Program-made: the position numbers and the translations under genes | Assembly (NCBI GenBank): GCA_002269645.1 | Contig: NIVC01001946.1 | Coordinates: 1 to 64,000, forward strand | From: Macrostomum lignano | Lineage: Eukaryota | Direction of reading: 5' to 3' | DNA: 64,000 bases | Shown: one piece after another, positions 11,560 through 21,852 of the stretch | Numbering within the stretch: the first letter of the stretch is position 1 | Layout of the letters: each line of letters begins with the position of its first letter | The notes under the pieces: model-generated | The model's input: only the letters and a program-made list of their open reading frames with translations | Databases searched by the model: none | Told to the model about the DNA's origin: nothing

Positions 11560-13262
11560 CATGGCTGATGAGATAAGAGTGAAAAGGAGAAGGAATAGAC
11601 TATAAGAAGAGAGGAGAAGCGAGAGGAGGATAAGAGAAAAGATAGAAGACAAGAAGAGAGACGATGGGGTAAGGATAAGGAGTGAGCAGATAATATTGGA
11701 GTAAGAAGCGAGAGGAGGGGAGAGAGAAGGGAGAGGAAAGAGTAGAAGTGAGAAGAGGGAGAGAGAAGATGGGAGAGATGAGACAGGATCGATGACAGAG
11801 GAGAGCAGAGAAGAGTGAGAAGAGAGTAGAGATGAGAGATGAAGGAGGAGAGAGCAGAGTGCAGAAAGGCGAGAGAAGAGAATAGAGGGGAGAGAGTATA
11901 GAAGAGAGAAGAGAAGAGGAGTAAGGAAAGAGAGGAATCAGAAGAGGGTAAAGAGAAGAGTACACTGAAGATTGGAGAGTACAGATGACAGAAAAGAGAG
12001 GGGATGAAAGTGAACACGATATCTGAGAGGAGAGAGGAGAGCGGAGATAGGAGTCAGATGAGGGGAAAGAGAAGAGTACAGAGGAGAGAGGTGAGAACAT
12101 ACGAGTATACGAGAGTAAGGATGACAGATGAGAGAGGGAAGATGAGACTGAGAGAGCAAAGACGAGAGTGAACACACGAGAGATGGTAGAGTAGAGAGAA
12201 AAGAGGATAGATAAGAAATAAGAGATGAGAGATGAAAGGTGAGACAAAGGGAGAGAGAGAAGTGAGTGAGGAGAGAGGAGGGGAAGGGAGAGAATCGAGA
12301 GGACAGGGGAAAGAGGGGAAAGGATGAGAGAGAGATGAGAGAGGGGAGAGGAGAGAGGGAGAGATAGAGGTAGAGAGCATGCAGAGAGAAATGAGAAGAG
12401 AGAAGAGAGAAAAGATAAAAGAAGAGAAAGGAGAGATAGATAAGAGAGCAAAGACGAGAGAGGAGAGGTGGGGAAGAGACGATAGAAGAGAGGAGAGGAG
12501 AAAGACGAGAGAGTACAGAGTACAGAGGAGGGAGGAGAGGAGAAAGGAGAGAGAAGTGTTCGGAGAGGGTAGAGTAAGGAGTGAGAAGAGGGAGAGGGAG
12601 GAGAGGAGAGGAGAGAGGAGAGTAGAGAGCAGAGGGAAGATAGAGTAGAGAGCAGAGAGAAGATGGAGTAGAGAGCAGAGGGAAGATAGAGTAGAGAGCA
12701 GAGAGAAGATAGAGTGGAGAGCAGAGGGAAGATAGAGTAGAGAGCAGAGAGAAGATAGAATAGAGAGCAGAGGGAAGATAGAGTAGAGAGCAGAGGGAAG
12801 ATAGAGTAGAGAGCAGAGAGAAGATGGAGTAGAGAGCAGAGGGAAGATAGAGTAGAGAGCAGAGAGAAGATAGAGTGGAGAGCAGAGGGAAGATAGAGTA
12901 GAGAGCAGAGAGAAGATAGTAGAGAGCAGAGAGAAGATAGAGTAGAGAGCAGAGAGAAGATAGTAGAGAGCAGAGAGAAGATAGAGTAGAGAGCAGAGAG
13001 AAGATAGAGTAGAGAGCAGAGAGAAGATAGAGTAGAGAGCAGAGAGAAGATAGTAGAGAGCAGAGAGAAGATAGAGTAGAGAGCAGAGAGAAGATAGAGT
13101 AGAGAGCAGAGAGAAGATAGAGTAGAGAGCAGAGACAAGAGAGGAGAGGAGAGGAGAGAAAAGAATAAGAGGGAATAGACGCGAGAAGAGGGGATAGAGG
13201 AGAGAGAGAAGAGACCACAGACCAGAGAGAAGAAAGAAAACAGAAGAGAAGGTAGAGATAGA
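11560..13262. repeat. Polypurine tract 2, including a ~27-bp tandem array (agagcagagagaagatagagtag-type) at ~12620-13135
   Basis: Near-pure A/G + strand. It explains the spurious Leu/Ser-rich minus-strand ORFs. Confidence 0.92.
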
Positions 13263-16200
13263 AGTTTCTAAGGATCCAACTTCCAAGGGACACAAGGAGA
13301 GGCAGAGGCCATGAGTTTGCCTGACATTCTGCGCAGCACCCTAACCAAAAATATTAATGTTTGCTTCAAATACTAATTTTACATGAATGTACTCTATTTT
13401 ATGTTTAACTCTATCCTAAATTCCTAACTATTAAAAATTTTTTGTTTAAGTATGACTTCAGATTTTAGAATACTTTCAAAAATAGTTCTAGGGATTGGAG
13501 TTCCCCGGGTTCAAAATCCGCGGGTTTCAACAGCTTGTCGATATATAATAGACACAACCACAGATCCTAAATCTTAGTCAATTAATCAGGCTTCGCAAAA
13601 GAACATAACTAAACACAGGATTGCTTTGGTTTAAATTTTTACATGTAAAAACTATCAATTGATGCGACTATTTATAATATCTTACGAAAACCAACGCAAG
13701 TGTCAATGACCTTTCATTTTGCAATACTTGGAGGGATGGACACTTAAACAGGCTCGTCAAGTTAAAAGATGACTATTTGGACTGCTCTGAAACAAATAAA
13801 TAGGACCAGAATATTTTTATTTTGGCAGAAAATTAAAGCTGTTTTCCGGGTAAGCAATTCTCTAAAAAGGTTTCGAGAAACAAGGCATCTAGGCCTTATC
13901 TATTCTTTTTCACGATCCCTGGTTTGGTTCCTGTTAGGAGACGTGGGAAAGCCGGAAGGGCCTCCTTGCGAGTTGTGCGGGTGGTGCTGCACTCAGAGGT
14001 CTTGTGAGATGGCGCCAGGTTGCAGCTCTCCAGCCGGTTGTGGAGACCGCCTTGCTGTAATTGTACTGAGCTATTATTGTCACTTTTGGATGCACTCTGT
14101 CAAAATGGATGCACATATGCAAGTTTTGTTCAAAAGACAGCGAGACAAAGGCACTGTCTTGTAACCCAGTGTCAAAACTGAATGCACACTGTCAAATGTA
14201 CTAGCAAATTGTGAATAAAGGTTGTAGTTTGTCTTTTTCGGTTGAAAATCGGCATTATTTTGCATTTGAGTTTGTCAAAATAGATTGAAAATTTCAACAA
14301 GCGATACAACAGACTGTCAAAATTGAATGCAAAGATGTCAATATTGAGTGCAGATTTTCCAAAAATCCAAAATCCAAAAAAGAAAGTAAAAAGGTGTAGC
14401 TAAAACTCGGTCTTGTTGTTTCTGTGAAACACTCTATTCGTGAGCTACTTCCTAAGTTGAATCTTAGGTTCAAATTTTGCTGTGTGAAGCGCCCCCAGCT
14501 GGGAGTTGGAAGTCTTTCCCTACTGGGAGAAAATATTAAGCGGCAAATCACATGACTATAGGTGTTGTGGCTCTGGCTTGTGACCCTCAGATAAAAATCC
14601 GGCTTATGCCACTGACATCTGGCTGCTGTGGGCTAGACCAAGGTAGCTAATATGCAAATTTTTGTAAGAATAATAAAAAAATTTCTACCTTCCGTCTATA
14701 TCTATATGAAACATTCTGTTGGGGCGCTAAGTTGACAATATTTACTCATCTCATGCGCAACATGCCAATTGAAAATAGAGCTAGTATTTGTTTGGTCTGA
14801 AGTTAAATTATTTGGTTGGATTATTGCCGACTAGACCTAGTTAATTGACTTTTTTCTTCTTCAGAAGTGCTCCTCGGAGGGTAAGAAAACAGATTGAGGC
14901 CTCTAAAAAGTTGAGATGTTTGACGCGACGCAGGTGTTAGGGTTTCAAATCTCTGGCCTCTTACGATCTCCGGTGCCTTACGTTCTCCTGTAGGCATAAT
15001 TAAAAGTCAAGGGATTTTTTATAAAGGGATTAAAGTTGATAAGAAATTGGTAGCCTTTGAGATCGTCACACGTGTGCTATGTACGCAGTGCTTACTTGTC
15101 AAATGAGTATACGCATAATAATACTAATAGCTCAGCACTATACAGTTCACCACATGCCTTGGCTGCTTCATTATGGCCAGTATTTTATACCTGTTCACTG
15201 TTCAGCATGATCTTCCGTCCAAAGAAAATGACAAATTGAAGCGTTGAATTAGAGAAAAAGGCACGAGTTTTGCTCTTCACAATGTAGCGGAATGTACCAG
15301 CTATAGTTAAAAATATTGCAAGCAGCAAGAGACGGTGATCAAAAGAGTTGAAAAAAGTTGTTTGCATCGAGGATAAGGCCAAGAAGCTTGTCGAAAGGGT
15401 TCACATGGAGTCCTGTCAATTCGGTCTAAAAGCCTCGTCAAAATCAGATGTTACAGTAATGTAGCCGTCACTCCGATTGCCAGGCATAGGCATGTACGCA
15501 GAACTTACATATTGTTGGGTTGCTGTTCAATTCCCAGTGCATACTTGCGGCTGTGCACACCGGATGTACACTGCAGGTGACAGACTATCGATCTTAATCG
15601 TACCTGAAAGTCATGTAGCTCGTATGTACATCTACATATACGTAGATGTACATACATGACAATTCCTTTCTATCCAGGTGCAAAGAAACGGCCAAAATCA
15701 ACGGCTTAACCAAAATTGCCTGAGTTTGCTGCTCAAAGTTTGTGATTCATATAGTCGTGACTGCATGGGATTTAAAGCGAAATGCCATCTAACTCGTCTA
15801 CGACACTCCACCACAGGCACTTCACCCTTTCTGTATGCCGTATCTCTCTGTCTTCTCTAGCGCCTTGTTTGAATTTCAGGCATTAATGCCGACAGAATTT
15901 GTATATTTGCATATAAGAAGCGCCCTACTTCATCAATTTTAGGGCGGCCTTTGGATTCAATCAATTGGGAGATGAGGCTGCCAATTTCTTAACTCGCCCG
16001 ACTGCCGTGCGAACTACTACGAACAGACGCCAGTTGGCTGAAAAAGCAACGCATCGAGCAGAGACAAAAAAGCTGATCGCCCAGAATATTTGGACTTCGC
16101 AAGAGAAGGAAACCGAGTCAGACTTAAAAAGTCTCAACGCGATGACCGACCGCAAAGACGGAAAATTCCAAATGGCTTGGAATGCGCGCAGATAAAAAAT

Positions 16201-16797
16201 GTAACACGAGCGTAAAAGATGTTTCAGTCTGAATGTACTAGCTGACTGCTCTTAAAGGGTGCGTCAATGGACAGCAATCGAAACGCTGCTTCAACTTTGT
16301 TAGCCGAAGTGGACCGATTAATTACCAATGTTTGATCTTAGTATAAACTATCTGTTTTACTAAGTAACGAATAGATATTTGTCAGCAAGTGAGGCGGTTT
16401 CAGTAACTATTCCATTTTCTTTAGATGAGTAAAATGTACACTACTTTTTCTAATATAGTGGTCTGATTGAGTGAACAGCCTTGGAACTATTGTGAAAGAG
16501 AAATAATTTTGATGCCTGCACTTTCGGTCTTTAAAGGACATGTGATCACAGCGGGACCGCAGACAAGAAGCCGGAAATCCTAAAGCAAACCTTTTGTGAG
16601 GTTGCGTTTGATTTGTGCAGTTGGGGTGGTGGCTGCTCTCTTATTACTTGCATCTCGCTTTACTCTGTGCATGCCGCCACCCCAGTTGGGTGACTCATTT
16701 TATAACCCTTCTATCGCTGACTATATAATCGCTCCCCATTTATTGTGCATGTCAAATATACTTCGTGATTTTGACTCTAATTTCTCGGCTCTTACAT

Positions 16798-16808
16798 TGG
16801 TGGCAGCG
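16798..16808 (+). other. Primer-binding site of the Gypsy element (tRNA-Leu-type)
   Basis: TGGTGGCAGCG, 1 nt after the ..TTACA LTR end, is complementary to a tRNA 3' end ..CGCUGCCA-CCA as in eukaryotic tRNA-Leu(AAG/UAG). Confidence 0.7.
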
Positions 16809-18493
16809 AGAACCCAGTGCAAGTGCACTTATGGCCCAGAACACCCTGCTACCGCCAAAGTTCAGTGGAACAGACGGCTCTGACGTGAGAAAATGCCTAC
16901 GCATCTTCGAGGAGTTTGCCAACGATGCGAAATGGGACGATGAGACCTCAGCATCGAAAGTGAAACTGCTGCTTACGGGAGAAGCCCAACTGGTCGTCTG
17001 GGACCTCGCCGAGACGAGGCAGAAGAGCTTCAAGAGCATCAAAGAGGACCTCACAAAGTTTTACGGAGGTGAATCCGACAGCTTTAAGGCTATGAGTGAC
17101 TTCTACTCGAGGAAGCGTGGAGACACCGAGACGCTCCGTGAGCTCTGCTTCAACCTGAAGCTGCTGTACCAGAAGGCCAGGCCGAGTGACTCAGTTGCTC
17201 AGTGGGACCGAGATGTGCGTTTCAAACTTCTGCAGCTGCTCAAGGCCGACATTCGCGACAACCTGCTCAAGACAGAGGACGCAGAGAGCTGCTGCCTGGA
17301 GACTGCTGCGGCGGGCGGCTCGGCTGGAGAAGCTGGCTTGGCGACAGGACCGCCTGGACCGACTGGAGAAACGCATGAATGAGCTCATCGCGAGGGTCAG
17401 CGTGCAGTCCGGTATCGAAACTCGGCGTCGCCGTCAGCAGCGAGGAGGCGGCTGCTTCAACTGCGGCCAGCTCGGACACCGTGCTGCGCAATGTCAGCAG
17501 CGTCAGAAACAGCCGGACCAGATCATCTGCCACAAGTGTCTCAAGCAGTTCCGCATGTACCTGAGCAACAGCCGCAAGATCCAAGTGTTCACCGACCACA
17601 AGCCAATCACCGGGCTGCTCAACGCGAAGGAGCCAATCGGTCGGCTCGCACGTTGGCTGCAACTCATTCAGGAGTTCCTCCTGGAGATCCTGTACCGGCA
17701 AGGCAAGGAGAATATCGTGCCAGACGCCCTCAGCCGAGCACGCGGTTCTACACGCGGTTCAGCACGCGATGCTCCAGCCCGACTTTCAAGTTCCGGCGGC
17801 GGCGAGTGAGTCGGTCCAAAAGCTCACCGGACGGCGCACTGCTCCGCAACGGGCTGCCAGTGATCCCACAGCACATGCGAGCGGAGCTGCTGCAACAGGC
17901 GCACGACCGGCCGAGCGCGGGTTACCTCAAACAGCGGCGGCTGCTGCGAGCCTTGCGCGAGCGTTCCTCGTGGCCGGACATGCGCGAGGACGTGCAGGAC
18001 TGGGTGCGGAGCTGCCTGGTCTGCCAACGCCGCAAAGGAGCGCCAAAGCGAGCGCGCGCTGAGCTGGTGTGGCAACCGCTACCGGCCAAGCCACGGGGTG
18101 TCATGCAGCTCGACATCAAAGGCCCGCTGCCAGCCACCGATTCAGGCAAGCGCTACATCCTCTGCTTTGTTGACACATTTTTAAAGTGGGTGGAGGCTGC
18201 CGCCCTCAGCCAGATCGACGCCAAGACGGTAGCCGAGGCTCTGGTGACCTGCGTGGTGCTGCGGCACGGAGTTCTGGAGGTCGTGCACTCGGACTCGGAT
18301 CGAGGCCGAAGTTTTCAAGCAGACCTGCGCGCTGCTCGGAGCAGAAAAATCGAGGACCTCACCGTATCACCCCAGCGGCAACGGGAACGTCGAGAGGTTC
18401 AATAGAGGTCCAGCAAATTTCGTAGGACGCTGGGCAACATGCTCTCGGCATTCTGCTCGGATAACCAAGCCGGCTGGGATGCCCTGCTGCCCT

Positions 18494-18856
18494 TTTTTTA
18501 TTAGAGGCAGGGGGGTTGTGTGCACCCTGGCGCACTTTAAGCGACATAGGCACACAACCGGCGAGAGGCATTACTGCCCATTCCGCCGATTCCCCTGAGC
18601 AGGCATACAAGCGTGCGGATACGTACGCAGGCACACACTCACACAGGAGTGTACAGCGGCCCTAACTTTATTTTATCGTTAGGCATGTACACTTCACTGT
18701 GCCTTGGGGGGTTGGCTCTCAAGGCCGTTAATTGCACGAGCAGAGCCAAGCCGAGATTCCAATTCAGCCCCAAATTAATGTGACTGCACTTGGAATCGAG
18801 CCTGGGTCGCTGGCACACCAGAGCAGCTGCGCTACCGCTGGGCTACGGCCCCCCTA
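18494..18856 (-). mobile_element. tRNA-derived SINE (~363 bp) inserted in the Gypsy integrase
   Basis: 13-bp TSD gccctgctgccct at 18481-18493 and 18857-18869. On the minus strand: A box TAGCCCAGCGG (18835-18845), B box GGCTCGATTCC (18792-18802) and an A-rich tail at ~18494-18501. The integrase frame DALLP/YVVWAYN resumes across the insertion. Confidence 0.88.
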
Positions 18857-20000
18857 GCCCTGCTGCCCTACGTCGTGTGGGCCTACAACAGCTCTGAGCA
18901 TAGCTCCACGGGCAAGTCGCCGTTCAAAGTTCTACGCGGCATGGAGCCCAGACTGCCAGTCGACTTGGCGCCCGGTGGGCAGCGCGACCAGCCGCAGGAC
19001 TGCGCGGACCTGCAGGCGAGAATCAGGCGCAGCTTCCAGGTGGTGCGAGCGCACCTGCACACGGCCCAGAGATCGCAGCACGAGTTCTACAATCTAGCGG
19101 CAGAGACTACCGACTTCAAGACTGGTGACCGAGTGATGCTGACGCACCATGCGATGAAGCGCGGCCAGTGCAAGACGCTGTCGAACCGGTGGTCCGTCCC
19201 GTTCATCGTCCTTAAGAAGGTTCAGTGAACTACCGGCTGCGGGCTGTGAACGGCAGGCGCCGGTTGCTGGTCCACCACGACCGCTTGAAGCACTTTATCG
19301 ACCGACCGAATCTGAGCGACAGGCCGCCAGCCAAGCTGGCCACCGAGGACGACTGTCCGAGCGCTCCGCGGGCCAGCTTGTCGGCCCGGACGCCTGGGAG
19401 CAGCTGCGTGACCCGAATGCGGCTGAACCCGGCAACGCGCTACGTCGGTCGGGCAGTCAGCGACGGCGGCCGGATTTTTACACGGCGACCAGTTGACGAG
19501 CTTTCTGTCTGCTACTTGATTGGGACTTTTTCGTGTTGCATGAACCTTTTTTGTTGTTTTACTTTTGTTTTATTCCGTTTCTTATCAAGCTCGCAGATCC
19601 TAAGCTGATTTGCGATCCCCTGGTCGAATGATGGCTGCCTCGCAACTCCGAGGTAGACTAATCAGAGAGTTCCCCGGAAACTGCGAAGCAGCCACCGTTC
19701 ACCGAACCGGAGATTGCAAAGAACTTGTAGTCCCCAGAAGAAACCCCTAAGGCCAGCCAGGAGACCGTACAGTCACTTTACATCATCTTGACGAGTTACA
19801 AATTCTTACTAACAGTAGTTAGATAGATCATGCGTGTTTTACAAGCTTTATTTTACAAGTATTTTATTAACGCGAGGACTAGTGCACCCCGGGGGGAATG
19901 GTATAGTTAGCCAAACACGGAAGCAATATTGGCATTTGTGACGAGCTTATACTTCCTAACTTCCACAAACGAGATTCATCCAATTACAGCAGTTCCACTC

Positions 20001-20014
20001 GTTGCCATAGCGAC
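20001..20014. promoter_or_regulatory. RFX X-box motif ~165 bp upstream of copy D ATG
   Basis: GTTGCCATAGCGAC (GTTGCC-AT-AGCGAC), one mismatch from the strict palindromic consensus. Confidence 0.55.
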
Positions 20015-20166
20015 GGCTTCAACAATGGTAGGTGAGACGCATTACTGTTTAACAGCTATGCTTATGGTGCTTTGCTTCAGCTCTGCTTTCTATTTAATTC
20101 TGCCGTAAAGTAGAAAGCCATAACTAACACAGTAACCAAAATTTGCTTCTTACACATATCGACACA

Positions 20167-21474
20167 ATGTCCGTACGCGGAATTCTACTAGCTGCCACTG
20201 CAATCTTAGTTGCAACTTGTGGCGGCTCAGCTCAAGATAGAGATCTGCAACACGAGCTGCTGCAGTACTTGAAGAACAATATCACCAACTATAGTCCGCT
20301 GCTGCGACCAACAATTAACGCCTACAAGCCTACGTACATCACTATGGATACATCCTTGACACAGCTGGTATCGGTAGACAGTGCCAAGCAAAGCGTCAAG
20401 ATTGGCGCCGTTTTAATGGCCGGCTGGACCGAGGAGCGTCTGGTCTGGGATCCGGCCAAGTTTGGGAACCTAACCGTGATTAACTGGGACAATTCGAATG
20501 TCTGGTTTCCTGTCATCCTCATTTATAATGGCATCGGAGACAACCAGATGCTCACTCCGCAGATGCCAGTGTATTTAATGTCGATCCGACCCAACCTCAC
20601 CAAAGTCGTCGCCGGGTGGCGTCGAGAGTTCGAATTCTCGTGTGAGTTCGACGTGAGCAAATTCCCCATAGACAAGCACGTCTGCGAGCTCGAGTTCTTC
20701 TTTAGCGACCAGGGCCATAACAACCAGATGCTGATTCCTTTCAAGAACAATATGAAGCCATTCCAAATAGACGGACTTTATCGAACTAACAGCGAATGGA
20801 AGTTGTTGAATGCGTCGACGTCGTCCGAACGGAAGCCGTACAAACTCGTTCAAGGTGCACCGGATGTGCTTCTACCAACTTATGTGATCCGTCTGGAGAT
20901 CGAGAGAGTCTCCGCCTACTACTTTATGAACATCATCACACCACTGCTACTGCTGACTCTGCTACAAGTGCTGGTATACTTTGTGCCCCTGGAGTCTGGC
21001 GAGAAACTAGGATTCGGCATCACAATCATGCTCAGCTACACTGTGTTCCTTCTTCTGCTGGACAGCATCGTGCCCAAGTCGCAGACAACACCAGCGATCG
21101 CTTCGTTCATCACGGCCGCTATGACCTTGTCGACGATATCTCTGCTACTAACGTCGCTAATTATGCGTCTGCACTTCGCTCCGGAGGGCAATCGGATGTC
21201 GGCCTGCATGCGTGCCGTTCTGATTGGCTTCTTGGCTCGAGTGTTCTGCGTTGGCGGCGCTGCCAAAATCCATAAGGTCGACGGAGCAGAGGACGTCGAG
21301 ATCAAGAATGAGACTAGCATCGACAAAAAGAATGCTACTGACGAAGAGGACACTCCGGTTGTTCGATCCGATTGGGTGGTTGCTGCGCACGCTGTCGAAC
21401 GACTCATGGTTGCTATGGGAGTGGCCGCGACCGCTGCTATTATTGGAGTTTTCGTTATCCAACCGTACACTTAA
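20167..21474 (+). CDS. Intact intronless Cys-loop (nAChR/5-HT3-like, non-alpha) cation channel subunit, copy D, 435 aa
   Basis: ATG 20167; signal peptide; WFPVILIYN (loop A region); Cys-loop CEFDVSKFPIDKHVC; no vicinal CC in loop C; M2 GEKLGFGITIMLSYTVFLLLL; short M3-M4 loop; M4 DWVVAAHAVERLMVAMG. Confidence 0.95.
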   Translation: MSVRGILLAATAILVATCGGSAQDRDLQHELLQYLKNNITNYSPLLRPTINAYKPTYITMDTSLTQLVSVDSAKQSVKIGAVLMAGWTEERLVWDPAKFGNLTVINWDNSNVWFPVILIYNGIGDNQMLTPQMPVYLMSIRPNLTKVVAGWRREFEFSCEFDVSKFPIDKHVCELEFFFSDQGHNNQMLIPFKNNMKPFQIDGLYRTNSEWKLLNASTSSERKPYKLVQGAPDVLLPTYVIRLEIERVSAYYFMNIITPLLLLTLLQVLVYFVPLESGEKLGFGITIMLSYTVFLLLLDSIVPKSQTTPAIASFITAAMTLSTISLLLTSLIMRLHFAPEGNRMSACMRAVLIGFLARVFCVGGAAKIHKVDGAEDVEIKNETSIDKKNATDEEDTPVVRSDWVVAAHAVERLMVAMGVAATAAIIGVFVIQPYT

Positions 21475-21838
21475 TGACAGCTCGAGATTAGCCTGATGGG
21501 GCTTATGAAACTTACTGAAAATTGATTCCTAAATATTTATCAACCCTCTATTATTTTCTCTTCTAACTACGAGCTAAATCCGATAAAGTGTTTTGCATCA
21601 AAAAGTGCACGGGTGCCTCTAGTTGTCTCTAGTGGCAATTACGAGCTTAGAACAAGAACAATGCGAAATGTCGGCTAAACTAATTATCAAGCTGAATAAG
21701 TGTGAGCATCTATAAAGAATGGCTCTTGCTTTCTTGTTGCACTGCCAATTCCCAACGAAATGAGTTTCAGAGGAAATGACCGGATTCGTCCCTCAATCAT
21801 TCAATCAACTAAGCTTCAGTTTGCACCATTGCAAATGA

Positions 21839-21852
21839 GTTGCCATGGTAAC
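21839..21852. promoter_or_regulatory. Consensus RFX X-box ~365 bp downstream of copy D stop
   Basis: GTTGCCATGGTAAC, a full consensus match. Confidence 0.6.

Larger units (their letters stand above)
16541..19400 (+). mobile_element. Degenerate, internally deleted Ty3/Gypsy LTR retrotransposon (candidate 5' LTR, PBS, gag, RNase H, integrase)
   Basis: Candidate LTR TG..CA 16541-16796; PBS TGGTGGCAGCG 16798-16808; gag from ATG 16831 (PPKFSG..W..L..LTGEA); zinc knuckle CFNCGQLGHRAAQC; RNase H VFTDHKPI..GRLARW; integrase H..H/CxxC region, LDIKGPLP..VDTF and VHSD, with ERFNR after a frameshift; GPY/F-like RWSVPFIV. Several frameshifts. No 3' LTR copy found. Confidence 0.9.

Noticed and set aside
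11559-13295. Long Leu/Ser-rich minus-strand ORFs (up to 512 aa)
   Set aside because: They are translations of the polypyrimidine strand of a low-complexity tract, which lacks stops by composition. No domain is recognisable.
13769-16200. Short ORFs and GC-richer patches between polypurine tract 2 and the Gypsy element
   Set aside because: No recognisable domain, consistent frame or splice chain. Possibly decayed TE sequence, but unsupported.
18780-18856. tRNA gene
   Set aside because: It has A and B boxes but no complete cloverleaf or acceptor stem. It is the head of a TSD-flanked SINE.
3090-21474. Horizontal transfer of bacterial pentameric channels (ELIC/GLIC-like) to explain the lack of introns
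   Set aside because: The proteins have the eukaryotic Cys-loop disulfide pair, an N-terminal helix and nAChR/5-HT3-like M2. Retroposition or intron loss is more parsimonious.
16541-21474. Receptor copy D captured as cargo inside the Gypsy element
   Set aside because: No second LTR downstream of copy D, and copy C has the same flanks without any Gypsy sequence. Only the weak PPT-like motif is kept as a low-interest finding.
5860-21496. Antisense and alternative-frame ORFs overlapping the receptor genes
   Set aside because: Shadow ORFs of GC-rich coding sequence, duplicated only because the genes are duplicated.
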